Positions 10,875 to 21,585 of a DNA stretch of 64,000 nucleotides are shown here, in pieces. Source of the stretch: Paramoeba atlantica (Eukaryota > Protista > Discosea); NCBI GenBank assembly GCA_977017575.1, contig CDRNVI010000039.1:372001-436000 (forward strand), in the 5' to 3' direction. The notes beneath the pieces were generated by a model. That model ran no database searches. It saw nothing but the letters and a program-made list of their open reading frames with translations, and was not told the origin of the DNA. Position 1 is the first letter of the stretch. Each line of letters opens with the position of its first letter. Made by a program: the position numbers and the translations under genes.

Positions 10875-13800
10875 TTACCGCTTGCGGCGTTTCTTGCTGG
10901 ACCAACTGGTGCGCTTTTTGTTCACTCTTCTAGGAGTCATACGAGTTGTACAACTGCTTTCAGACTGACATTCTGATGTTAGTGATTCGGACTCATCAGA
11001 TGTTGAAGACAAATGTCCAGTTGTCTTCGCACTACGAGCGGCAATCCGTGCACTACGCCGCATAGGATTTGGTGACGATTTAGGAGATGAAACGTTAGGC
11101 AATGCAGGATTCGACTCGTGCGCATGAGAGGACTCAGTTTCATGATCACTAGATGACGAAAAATAGCTTCTTCGCCCTTTACGAGACTTTATACTTTTTT
11201 TTACATTTTTCTCTGCACTTCGAAAGTTGGTTTCCCTCCTCGGAAAGGGGAGCGCCAAGCTAGGATCAACGGAAATACTTCTAGGCTTAATGGTGGCTGC
11301 GCGATGCTGAGTTGGGCGACGGGTCAACCTTCGCTTTGGTAAAGATTCTTGCGAAGTATCTATTTCACTACTTGCGCTGTGGGTATCGTGTTCGCGCCAT
11401 ATTTCGCTGCGTCCTCCAAGCATAACGCTGCATTCTGCTTCCTTTAATTGTGCTGTCCTAGAGAATTCTTTGTTTTTTGGCTCTTGTTCGTTATCATCAG
11501 CAGCTTCCGATGCAGTTCCCAACTCTATACTAGAGGAGACATCCACTTCCGCATTAGGTACTTCAGAATAAGATGCAACGGATGCTGACAATTTGGTTTC
11601 CCATTCTTCCAACATAGCGGTACGTCCTCTTTTCTCCCACGTATTAGATTTCGCTGCATCAGTGCTCTCTTCCGCCGCCTGGCCGCTACTCGTAGACGCT
11701 GCAAATCCTTTCCGAGACTTGGCTAATATAGAAAAGAAGTGCTGGCGCACCTGTTCGTCGAAAAGCCACTTTTTATAACAAGTAAAGCACGCATCACTTA
11801 CAATCTTCTGTATTGCTTTGTCACTTTGATAATTGAACTCTGTTAAGCAAAAGCTCAGATATTTTGCATTTATACGGGCCGATTGGGCTATGCCATTAGA
11901 TCCTATGGTAGGAAATCTTTGACACAGTTTCTCTATAGAACTTTCAGTTTGTCTGTCTTTTTCAATTTTTTCAATGACACAACGCATCACAACCTGAAAC
12001 TTATGCTCCGCAGTACGAAACTTTGTGCAGAGATGCATACAAATGCTGGGAAGAAGATTATAAATAAGACGCTTGTTTTTATTATGCAGCTCGCGTAAGA
12101 ACACTTCGCCCATTTTCCTAATCTCGATATCGTCATCAGCAATCAGGACAAGAAGATGAGGTGTCATTTCAGGAACGCGAAGCATATCGTTTAAAGCAAG
12201 GTGAGTACAAACCATGACAGTGGTTGACCGCACCCGACGGTTCGTCCCTTCTCGAAGCAAAGACGTAAGGTGGCCTTTCGAAGGATGCAGATACGGTTGG
12301 ACAAGGTTCGGATGACAACACAGCAGATCCCCTAAACTAATAAGACAGTTCGTCCGAATCCACCATTCAGATGAGCCCTTCAAAACAGTAAACAGTACGT
12401 CAATATATTTTCGACACGTTTTCTCATCAATAATCATTAGTTTTGATAAAGTCAACATTGCAGTCGCCCGTAGTGTAGAATTTTCAATGATTTCTGTATC
12501 CAAAAATCCGGATACAGAATCTCCTGGATCGAGAGTATTTTCAGGTAACAACTTGGTAAAAGACGTCGAATCTCCTACCCAATGCAAAACTACTGCAAGA
12601 TAAGGTGCATATAACCCTGTTGCATCCATAAGACTCGTGCGTGCCGCATCTGCCTGTTCCCGTATTTCTTCGCGTTTGTACTCCTTGCTATCAAAGCCCA
12701 ATTCTTTTTGCATTGCATCAGAACCTTCGTTAGCATTGCGGTGTTTGCTGTCGTTCTGCGACTTCTCTAATTTGTGCATCGCCGTACGCTCCCAGTTGTC
12801 TACATATACAAATTCCTTTAGTGCGGCGTGACCAAGAGCAAAACAGAACTGAGTTAAGGAATTAATTGCTCGACCAGGTATATGTGCCTTTGGATCATTT
12901 TTAATTTGATCCTGCCACTGTTTTAAATCAGATTGTGCACGATTACGCAGGACCATCACAGCATAAGAGAAGGCTTCCCTGGGAGAATTACACAGCGTGC
13001 CGATGGCACTCATTACACAATCAGCCATCATAAGCCAATTGTGAATCTTGCTCGTTCGATGACAGAGCAATCCGCGGAGCTGTACTATTAATGGATCTTC
13101 TGCTGAGAGCAAACTAAAAGATGAAAGTAGTCGCAGCCTTTCAAGTGCTTGACAAGCATAAGCACACAGCAAATGATCGTGAAAAAAGTTTGGAAACAAA
13201 TCCTGTAGCATGTCGGGAATACGCTCGCGAACACCTTTCGGATAGGCGTAACTTATCATGGCGAATAAACGCATTGATTTTTGATTCTCTATTATTTCAG
13301 ATACTTGGTTGTTGGAAGTTGCCTCACCGATATTATCAAAGCGTTTGCTTAGTGCAAGGCTCCACAAAGTACCTAGTAAGTCATCTGTGATAACGTTCTG
13401 CGTGGTGGATTGCTCGGGTAGCTGCTGACATATAGTTTCCATTGCTGCAAGAAAACCCTCACCTGCGCGAGAAACCACACTCATGAGTTTTCGTACACAC
13501 GCAAGATTCCTCTTTAATAACGGGATATTTGTTTGCTTGCGATAATTTAAAAACATTGTGTTGGCAAAAGAAATTCTAACCGCTTCTTGAATCTGGGGTT
13601 CGTTGGAATACACCAGCGGAAAGACGTGATGGGCGTGCTCTACTGCGTAATCAATGCGATACTCGTTTGCTAAGGAAATGAAATCTATACTTTCTAGCAC
13701 ATCAAGTACAACTTTGCTATTTAAGAGTGAGAATGCAGTGTCCACCGCTCGATGGAGACTGCCGATAAAAAGTATTCCTCGCTTATAGTGCTCGATCTTA

Positions 13801-16169
13801 TTTGTACTATCAGACTTCAATTGCTCAAGTTTTCGAATCTCCATATTTTGTGTTGAAGAGGCAACTATGTCGAGACTATCTGATAATTCATTTGGCTGAC
13901 CTGTGAACACTTCAGGACTGCAAATATTTTCAGATGGCTTTGTATTAGACTCAGTTCCAACGAGCTCGTAGATGTTAGCCTGAATTCTCTGTATTTCTTC
14001 CTCAATTATCCGAAGCTTTTCCTCAAACTTTCCGAGACTTAAGCAACGTCCACCAACACTGTTTCGACGAACAGCGATATGCAAGAGTGAAAAAGCCGCC
14101 TTTCGCACATGATTATTTCTATCTGCCAGGCGTTGAACTGCACATTCTACCACTTGAAGCTGATAGGTGAGTGGCACTGAACGCCTTTCCCATAAATACG
14201 ACCATACTTTAAGGCAGTGCGTCCGGACTACTGGATTGATATCCATAAATCGGGCTAACAAATCCGCTAAAAACGACTTCATGATCACATTAAGAGAGCA
14301 TGTATCACTCTCTGTTCCATCTTGAAGCAAAATACTACCACCAAAAGCAACACTCGCACTTCGATTATAAGTGGACACGCTAGAGCTACGTAACAAGAGT
14401 GAAGGTCCTTCAGTTCCATGTTTTTGTGCCACAAGTTCGGTAATAGCAGTCATCACAGTTTTTCGAATATCGTAATTCTCGCATGCATTAAGCAGGGGAT
14501 GAATCAATGAAATATGTTCTGTTACCGTCGTGATGTGGTTCTCGCTTAAGTAGTCAAAAAAAAGAACAATGTTTTTCGCCGTGGCTGAATCCATATTCAG
14601 GACAGAATTGCTGACATAATGTATAATTGTAGGTTCTTTGTTCATGGGTATTTTGGTCGACATGTCTTCAGGGGTTGCATTCGAATTCATGTGTATATTT
14701 TCACAAGAATTTAGATCAGGGGCAGAGGAAGAAACAGAATCGCACACATTGGTAGCAGGAGGCTTCTGCAAATTGACACCACTTTCAACTCCACAATATC
14801 CTGTGAGCTGCTCGATGAAGGCATACACAATGCGTTTCGCCCATGGTCTCATGTACGTCTTTTCGGGATTGGTACATTCACTTAGGAGTACCTCCAGTTT
14901 TATGATCTCATCGTCGCTTGACACAAAATCACGGTCCATGACATGCAAAAAAGTTGCCATGTATTGTGCAACGAAGTCATATTTCAATATGAGTTCACAC
15001 AATGGAGTTATCACGATGTCTCGTACATCTCGATGGACGCTGCACATTCTCAAATACCGGAATAGAGTATTCTTTTCTGTAAAAGAGTCTTCGCTCGTTT
15101 TAGAACATTCTTCATCCCATTTTGGATCATTACCTTTTAATTCGGAAACGCTGGAATTTTGGCTACCACATTCCTGAAGAGGAACATCAACATCCTGGTC
15201 TATTAATTTCGGCCACTCTCTGTCCTTGAGTTTAGTGTAATGATAAGCAAGTGCAGCAAGCAACAGATGCAAGACTTGACCAACGGCTGTCAATTCGCCG
15301 GCCCCACCTGCCCCGCTAAAATCAAATAAATTTCCCTTTCGAAGCAAAACTGCAATACACACAGTAAGTAGGCAATTGAGCATAGATTCTTCAATGTGAC
15401 CGGACCCTTCAGTGGATGAAGACGCTTGAATAGGTGTTTCTTGCTCTGATATGGAACCTCCAGACCACACAGCGGTGAGATCTGATGAAAGCAATTCTTG
15501 CAGCGCTGTGAGAGCCATTTCCTTAGTACTGAGATCAATAACGGCACTGACTTCTTGGGCTGCTCGTTGATGGGCCGCTCTTCCACGCTTGCGAGACGAC
15601 GCAAAAGAACGTTGTGAAGACACTTGCGAAGCAAGAGCATCATCGCCTGTTCCATCTGCAGGCACTGTAGTATCTTCTACCAGAAGTAAAACTTGTGACA
15701 GTAAAAAGCAATACATTTTCAGTGCGCTACGAGCCAAAATGTAAAATCGACTGTTTAAGCCTCTAAGCCCACCGCTTGAGGCTCTGGCCCGACTAATCAC
15801 CTGGGCCACTTGCTTACACAATCTGGTGAGGAGTTGCGGTAATTCATGTGACAGAGTCACTTTACACTCTCTAGATAAGCACTTTTTGTGGCGAAGAAAA
15901 CTGTATAGGGTATCAAATTTTCCGCTCTGTACCACGGACAGAACACCTCCACCGTCTCGGCGATTTAATTCGTGCAATATTGCCTGCAAAGTACTTATTT
16001 GTTCAGATGCGCTCATGGTGTCGACTTCCATAATACCGTCAACGTAATACACGTTGGGTAGCCTTCGGTCCGGATCTTCTACTTCCAAGTCTTCTAGCCG
16101 CCGAGGAATAAAAAATTCAGAACCAACTCCATCTTCAGACGTTTTTATCTCAGGGGGGTGATGAATCAT
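10875..16169 (-). CDS. NCAPD2: Condensin complex subunit 1 (CAP-D2/Cnd1/Ycs4), 1764 aa
   Basis: HEAT-repeat protein with Cnd1 motifs IRTNCLISLGDLLCCHPNL, VCTHLALNDMLRV, IYNLLP, DRNNHVRKAA; low-complexity basic C-terminal tail. Confidence 0.88.
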   Translation of the reverse strand: MIHHPPEIKTSEDGVGSEFFIPRRLEDLEVEDPDRRLPNVYYVDGIMEVDTMSASEQISTLQAILHELNRRDGGGVLSVVQSGKFDTLYSFLRHKKCLSRECKVTLSHELPQLLTRLCKQVAQVISRARASSGGLRGLNSRFYILARSALKMYCFLLSQVLLLVEDTTVPADGTGDDALASQVSSQRSFASSRKRGRAAHQRAAQEVSAVIDLSTKEMALTALQELLSSDLTAVWSGGSISEQETPIQASSSTEGSGHIEESMLNCLLTVCIAVLLRKGNLFDFSGAGGAGELTAVGQVLHLLLAALAYHYTKLKDREWPKLIDQDVDVPLQECGSQNSSVSELKGNDPKWDEECSKTSEDSFTEKNTLFRYLRMCSVHRDVRDIVITPLCELILKYDFVAQYMATFLHVMDRDFVSSDDEIIKLEVLLSECTNPEKTYMRPWAKRIVYAFIEQLTGYCGVESGVNLQKPPATNVCDSVSSSAPDLNSCENIHMNSNATPEDMSTKIPMNKEPTIIHYVSNSVLNMDSATAKNIVLFFDYLSENHITTVTEHISLIHPLLNACENYDIRKTVMTAITELVAQKHGTEGPSLLLRSSSVSTYNRSASVAFGGSILLQDGTESDTCSLNVIMKSFLADLLARFMDINPVVRTHCLKVWSYLWERRSVPLTYQLQVVECAVQRLADRNNHVRKAAFSLLHIAVRRNSVGGRCLSLGKFEEKLRIIEEEIQRIQANIYELVGTESNTKPSENICSPEVFTGQPNELSDSLDIVASSTQNMEIRKLEQLKSDSTNKIEHYKRGILFIGSLHRAVDTAFSLLNSKVVLDVLESIDFISLANEYRIDYAVEHAHHVFPLVYSNEPQIQEAVRISFANTMFLNYRKQTNIPLLKRNLACVRKLMSVVSRAGEGFLAAMETICQQLPEQSTTQNVITDDLLGTLWSLALSKRFDNIGEATSNNQVSEIIENQKSMRLFAMISYAYPKGVRERIPDMLQDLFPNFFHDHLLCAYACQALERLRLLSSFSLLSAEDPLIVQLRGLLCHRTSKIHNWLMMADCVMSAIGTLCNSPREAFSYAVMVLRNRAQSDLKQWQDQIKNDPKAHIPGRAINSLTQFCFALGHAALKEFVYVDNWERTAMHKLEKSQNDSKHRNANEGSDAMQKELGFDSKEYKREEIREQADAARTSLMDATGLYAPYLAVVLHWVGDSTSFTKLLPENTLDPGDSVSGFLDTEIIENSTLRATAMLTLSKLMIIDEKTCRKYIDVLFTVLKGSSEWWIRTNCLISLGDLLCCHPNLVQPYLHPSKGHLTSLLREGTNRRVRSTTVMVCTHLALNDMLRVPEMTPHLLVLIADDDIEIRKMGEVFLRELHNKNKRLIYNLLPSICMHLCTKFRTAEHKFQVVMRCVIEKIEKDRQTESSIEKLCQRFPTIGSNGIAQSARINAKYLSFCLTEFNYQSDKAIQKIVSDACFTCYKKWLFDEQVRQHFFSILAKSRKGFAASTSSGQAAEESTDAAKSNTWEKRGRTAMLEEWETKLSASVASYSEVPNAEVDVSSSIELGTASEAADDNEQEPKNKEFSRTAQLKEAECSVMLGGRSEIWREHDTHSASSEIDTSQESLPKRRLTRRPTQHRAATIKPRSISVDPSLALPFPRRETNFRSAEKNVKKSIKSRKGRRSYFSSSSDHETESSHAHESNPALPNVSSPKSSPNPMRRSARIAARSAKTTGHLSSTSDESESLTSECQSESSCTTRMTPRRVNKKRTSWSSKKRRKR

Positions 16170-16195
16170 CTAGTATATAGAAAAAGTGAAAAAGT
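16170..16195 (-). promoter_or_regulatory. Putative trans-splice acceptor (polypyrimidine tract plus AG) of the condensin gene
   Basis: Minus strand reads TTTTTCACTTTTTCTATATACTAG|ATG. Similar tract+AG arrangements precede the ORFs at 4878, 36189 and 61100. Confidence 0.6.
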
Positions 16196-16582
16196 ATCGC
16201 CTTTAGCACGTACATGTATGCATAGATGAATAAATTTAAAATATACATAAATTTGACATAGAAAAAAAGTAGAAAAACCACAGCAGACACATTAGGAGTT
16301 TGATGTCAGCTTGTATTATTTTTATGTACGCTTGTATTATTACAAAGGGATTAATATAAAAAGAACAAAACTTTAACAAAATATATTAAAAGGATATGAA
16401 ACCCCCTAGTCCCACCGGAAGCCTACTCCCTAACGCCGAGACGGTACCAATCTTGTACCGCCGCCTGATTAATATTCTATTATAAAAAAATTAATATTAT
16501 TAACTTTTTTAATCCTATTAATAAGTCTTATGTTTGACAAATTAGGATATCATACATGTTGTACATGTACAACGCGAAATAT

Positions 16583-17800
16583 CTATGTTTTTTGTTTGAC
16601 CACATTTTTTAAGTTCTCAACGTGATAAAAAGAATGATCTTTATTAGCAATATATTTAGGATCAACAAAGAAAACATGACCCAATTGCTTCCTCAACCAA
16701 GTGACAAGCTGCTTCGGAAGAAGAAGTGCAACAAGTGTTTCAGTTGTAGGGAATGCGCGATCGCAAGAACTAGATTCCGAAGTCAACTCTCTACCAGCTG
16801 ACTCCGTAAAACTACGCCTGTGGAAAATGCCAAGACGGGTAATAGTATCCGTGACTGTGTCCGGGGAGAAACCTGTGAGATTACAAATCAAGCTCAAGCT
16901 AACGGTCATTTTGTTTCTCTGTTTTTCAATTTCGCGCAAAACTACTAAATCCCAGTACTTGAAAAAAAGAGCCTTCCCGTATGGACTTAGCGGCCCTTCG
17001 GGACCTGCAAATACGTTTGTCCCTGAAAGACATAGCCGTCGACACGGCTCGTAGCTTAGGTCAACCAGAAAGCTTGCATGACCGAGCCTTTGATAAGGCG
17101 GGAAAGTTACAATACATGCCAGGTTATTTACCAAACTGTATTTGTCTCGACTAAAAAAAGAGGTTATCACACCCTTTTCGCATTCAATGGAGTCGTTGTA
17201 CACACAACTGGTCTCTGAATAAGCCACTAGGCAATGAAACTCATATCGATCGACATCGTAGCGTAGCCATTTATCTTCAAGAAAAAATTTTGCTAGTAGA
17301 CACAAGTATCGGCAGAATCGGCGTTGCTTCTCCCCTGAAACGAAGTACACCTTTAGTTTCTTAATAGGGTCATGATAAATCACCTCTCCTATCTCTAAAA
17401 CGCAACGGGAGCTGTGCCTTGTGTGCTCAAAATGTGACGCAAAAGGACGCAAACAAAGACAGCAAATCCAGATGTCTCTCCATAGTGGATTGCATTCAGA
17501 AGGTGGGATCAGTCCTGTCACATGAATGGGGGAATAATACCACGGGTGCATGGTACGATTGCTATAGTGTATGTTCAGAACATTGCGTGGCCTTCTTCGA
17601 TCATGTTGAAAGCGCTCTTCTAAATACGTATCCCCGTCCTTTATGTCGACCCATTCCCACGCTACAGGAAATTTATCCGAATGTGCTTTTTGGCACGTCA
17701 TCCATTCGTCCATTGCCGGGTCCTCATTTTCGATATCTCGCACGCAGTACCGTGGTTCGGATTCTCCAGACACCTGACATGCATTAATCACGACCTTCAT
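16583..17800 (-). CDS. MYST-family histone acetyltransferase
   Basis: PWYYSP, C2HC zinc finger (CCLCLRPF...HSSRC), LCLLAKFFLEDK, NNLACIVTFPPYQRLG, LSYE, GPEGPLS with the catalytic Glu. Confidence 0.9.
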   Translation of the reverse strand: MKVVINACQVSGESEPRYCVRDIENEDPAMDEWMTCQKAHSDKFPVAWEWVDIKDGDTYLEERFQHDRRRPRNVLNIHYSNRTMHPWYYSPIHVTGLIPPSECNPLWRDIWICCLCLRPFASHFEHTRHSSRCVLEIGEVIYHDPIKKLKVYFVSGEKQRRFCRYLCLLAKFFLEDKWLRYDVDRYEFHCLVAYSETSCVYNDSIECEKGVITSFFSRDKYSLVNNLACIVTFPPYQRLGHASFLVDLSYEPCRRLCLSGTNVFAGPEGPLSPYGKALFFKYWDLVVLREIEKQRNKMTVSLSLICNLTGFSPDTVTDTITRLGIFHRRSFTESAGRELTSESSSCDRAFPTTETLVALLLPKQLVTWLRKQLGHVFFVDPKYIANKDHSFYHVENLKNVVKQKT

Positions 17801-18532
17801 ACCTTATGATGGTAACACGACCATCATAACCTTATGCTCATCGAAACACATAAATTTCTATAGGCCTAATAACGATTATGTAATATTAAATTACTTATTT
17901 GTCACCACTTTTTCGAAAAAAGTACAATTAAGAGGAGTGACTCCTGCCCGGGCGCTCCCAGTAAACTTCTACGGAGATCCGACTTGGTAAAATGATTTTT
18001 TCTCAAAGAGGTCCGGAATCCTCAATGTCCCTTGGATGGAACATGCTGGGCTAACACGACAAAGAGTTAGAAAGGGAGACTGGCGTTGGGCTGTCGTCGG
18101 TGATGGGGCGTGGCGACCCTAGCCTTCCGAAGTAAGGACTTCCAGCTAGCTGCAGGGATTCGTCCATTCCTATTCCTGTTTAACCCCTATTCGCGGAGTC
18201 GTTAACCGCGTTCCGGGGTTGTAAGACGGCGTGGCATGTCCATCTCCGGGAATACGTTGTTAGCACCACCTTTTCTCGCGTGCCAACCTTGTAACCTCGG
18301 TGGAGGTGGGACTGCACTCGTGCAAGCTGTGGTCGAATCCCACCCCATCTCCGGAGGAGTGGAGGCGTAAAAAACTTCGTTTCTCCAGCCAGGACCGTCC
18401 CGGACCAACCATCTGGGATAGTGGAGTTTTAGCGGGTGAGCTAGCAGAGTCCCTGACGCAGTCCGATACTACAACGCTCTGCTCATTCGACCAAGAAAAG
18501 CCCACTGTTTGGACGGTGCTAACGTTAGGTGT

Positions 18533-18680
18533 ATTGCGGTGGTTGTTTAACTACCGCTGTACCCTCGATTATTAAAAAAAGTGAACAAATTTTCCACCCC
18601 CACGTGGGGGTGACCCCCCCCCCTGGTATCCGCAAGATGGGTCCGCCAAGTTCGGATTTTTCACGAAAAAAAAGTTGGAA
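18533..18680. repeat. Internally deleted fragment of family B (short-hairpin end, inverted)
   Basis: ATTGCGGTGGTTGTTTAACTACCGC...CCCTCGATTATT followed by GGGTCCGCCAAGTTCGGATTTT, matching 21586-21640 and 21840-21910. Confidence 0.7.
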
Positions 18681-18701
18681 AAAATTCTAGGCGGGATCCT
18701 A

Positions 18702-18910
18702 GGCGCTCCCACCCAGAGTCACCCCTCTAAGCACAATGTATTGTTAACGTGTATTACATGCCGAAACCCGCGTTTAAGTCCTGCAGAATAACAATTCCAG
18801 TAACATGATTTCTGTATCTTCCGATTGAAGCAAAAAATATTAAGAAGCTAAGGAAGAAAATTTTGACGAAAGATATCCTTGGCGCTCCCACCCAGAGTCA
18901 CCCCTCTAAG
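18702..18910. repeat. Pair of perfect 30-bp direct repeats
   Basis: GGCGCTCCCACCCAGAGTCACCCCTCTAAG at 18702-18731 and 18881-18910. Confidence 0.85.
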
Positions 18911-19179
18911 TGGGGGGGTCAATGTATTTGGTTAGATAAAACAAAAGTCCCAAACTTTTTTCATTATCTTAGGAATCTCCAAAGCGTTCGGATAAAGTTG
19001 GCTTTACCGAAACGGTATCTTTATCGTATGAGTAGGTTTTCTACCTTTCCCGTACTAGTATAGTAGTAGTTTCTTTTGTCAAACCGCTATAAGGTATGGG
19101 GTTTGATAGAGCACCGACTCGTGGGGCAGGAGGGCGTATTGTAACCCAAGCATCAAGGCGACGTGGGCGAGACGACTGG

Positions 19180-19310
19180 GATGGTGGTGGGGAATGACTT
19201 TTCGCAGTGAGGGAAGAAGGGAGTGGCGGTGGTGGGGAATGGTTGTTCGCAGAGAGGGGAGAAGAAGGGAGTGATGTTGGAGGACAATGACGGTTCGCAG
19301 GGAGAAAGGT
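19180..19310. repeat. Degenerate purine-rich tandem repeat (unit about 48 bp)
   Basis: GGTGGTGGGGAATG...TTCGCAG..AGGG..GAAGAAGGGAGTG occurs about 2.7 times. Confidence 0.6.
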
Positions 19311-19488
19311 ATAGCGTATTGTGATATGAAAAACTTGAAGTAGACAGTATATAAATACAAACTGACGTCGGGTCCTGATATACATGTACTGTACAGTAAC
19401 TAACAAAAGTGTTCAAATGTTTTCACAAATTTTAATGTTTTTATATTTTATAAAAGAGATGCAGAGGATAATGCAGTAGTATATTATA

Positions 19489-20752
19489 GCAGTGTAGGCT
19501 GGAGTAGTGCTTACATTCCCACATACTTAGACTGCATCAACGATCTTACTATAAAAAACTATGAAAGATATAATCCGAGCCCAACACTCGAACACTTTTT
19601 TCACTTTTTTGAGAATATTTTTTTTGACCAAAACTTTGTCTTACTTCACCCTTACCAAACCAAAATGACCAAAACTTAATACTTCGTAAGTCCCCCCTTC
19701 GCCCTAATTACTGCCCTTAAACGACGGGGCATGCTGCGGACAAGAGGAAGACATGCACTCGGAGGAAGGTCTGCCCACGCTTTTTGGGCGCGTTCCCAAA
19801 GTTCCAACATTCCTACGGGAGGATCTGGGTGATCCGCAGTTGACTTTTTGAGCTCGCCCCATAGGTGCTCTATGGGATTTAAATCGGGAGACTGCGGGGG
19901 CCATCTAGGACACACAATTCTTCCAAACGAAGGAATTCCCGAGCCTTCTTACTCGTGTGCTTTGGATCATTATCTTGTTGGAAGATGATACGGCTCTTCA
20001 TGACATCCACCTCGTAGAGGGAAGGAGGCAAATACTGTTGAAGTATTTGAACATACTGTTCAGCATTCATGTTGCCATGAACCAGAGCAATGGAGCCCAC
20101 ACCGTGAGCCATCATACACCCCCATACCATGATGGATCCTCCACAGTACTTCACGGTGCTGTGAGTATTTCGCTCTGAAAGTGCTTCCCCAAAGCTCACC
20201 CACGCCCACCGGCTGCCGTTCGACTCAAAACGGCAGATCTTACTTTCATCGGTAAAGAGCACACGGCTCCAGTCGGCGTGCGTCCAATGCTCGTACTTCT
20301 TTGCAAAAGCAAGACGTAGAGCTTTGTGACGCTTCGTGAGATGGGGCTTCCGTAATTTCTTCTTCCCCTTCAAACCACGCTTCCGAAGGGAAACCCGAAT
20401 GGTTTGAGGTGAAACATCTGCAAATTTCTTCTTCCCCTTCAAACCACGCTTCCGAAGGGAAACCCGAATGGTTTGAGGTGAAACATCTGCAATCCCCTCA
20501 TCTCTTAACCGTTTACTAGTAGCGACTGCATCCTTAGTTGTACCGCTGGTGATAAGGCGGCGGACGCGATTGGAGGATGTCTCGGTAAGCTTGCGAGGGC
20601 GACCTGTTTTTTGTTTGCTAAGTAAGTTGGGAAGGTACTTTTTTTTAATGCTGCTTACATTTCCTACGCTTAATTGTAGTGAAAGTCCTACGCTTAATTG
20701 TAGATGAAGTCTAAGTACGTGGGAATGTAAGCACTACTCCAGCCTACACTAC
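19489..20752 (-). mobile_element. Tc1-like element C2 (DD34E), near full length and frameshifted
   Basis: About 51-bp TIRs G(C/T)AGTGTAGGCTGGAGTAGTGCTTACATTCCCAC..., TA TSD. ORF pieces FTDESK, QQDNDPKHT, WPPQSPDLNPIE, AKGGLTKY*. Contains a 69-bp tandem duplication at 20354-20491. Confidence 0.92.
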
Positions 20753-20817
20753 TATAATACTCCCCCTCTCATTAATCGCTATAATTATAATCAATAAACC
20801 TTTTTAGTTTATAATTA

Positions 20818-21585
20818 TAACCCAGGCTAAAGTGGACGAGGGAGATACTAAAAGTACCTTTGGAAAAGCACCACAAAACTGGAACGGTATCTCCCGGTTT
20901 GTAAAGCATTCTGATGTGACGAAAGGATCTTTACCGGGAGATACCGTTCCAGTTTTGTGGTGCTTTTCCAAAGTACTTTTAGTATCTCCCTCGTCCACTT
21001 TAGCCTGAGTTACATAGCCATCGAAATATGCTCCCTAGGACCCCCTTACAGCTTCCCACGCGAGGAAGTCGTCGTCGCCGCGACAAAAAAACAGAAGGCT
21101 CCGCCTTCTGCCTTTTTGCCTTGCGCCTCCTCCTTCCTCTAAGGTCTTGTGTGTCACACGCTTCCAGGTACATTTTGGCCTTTGTAGGTGTATTACCGGC
21201 ACAGGGTGGAGGAGCATCGAATGAAACCAAAGAGTACACGGGCATATCAGGTCCCAAACTATCAAAAAATGGTCTAGGAGTTGATTTGGGAGAAATATAT
21301 TTTTTCACTTTCACCCATAAATTTGCTGTTTTTTTTTTAAATTTCAAAAATTGCTATCATCACCCTGGTGGGGAGGGGGGGGGCAGGGGGTACCCATCGG
21401 AATTGTTGAAAAACTAGTGATCTTGTCACTGAATTCGATTCATACGTCTTTGTAAACAGTTTTTTCGAAAACTCACCTGAAACGAAATCGGGCCACAAAT
21501 CGGGCACGAAATCGGACCAGGATCGGGCATGAAATCGGGCACGACGAATTAACCTACGGTAGCGAGGGAGTAGTATCTCCCTCAA
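20818..21585. mobile_element. Repeat family D: about 190-bp foldback hairpin, body, then a short hairpin ending in AA (same architecture as family B)
   Basis: Arms of about 80 bp at 20818-20900 and 20930-21012; short hairpin GAGGGAG-TAGTAT-CTCCCTC at 21564-21583 reuses the arm motif TAGTATCTCCCTC; partial second copy at 53590-53760. Confidence 0.65.

Noticed and set aside
17950-18510. Retrotransposon REL-endonuclease relic (TLRIPDL in one minus frame)
   Set aside because: A single short motif among multiple stops with no CCHC finger or RT motif; left unassigned.
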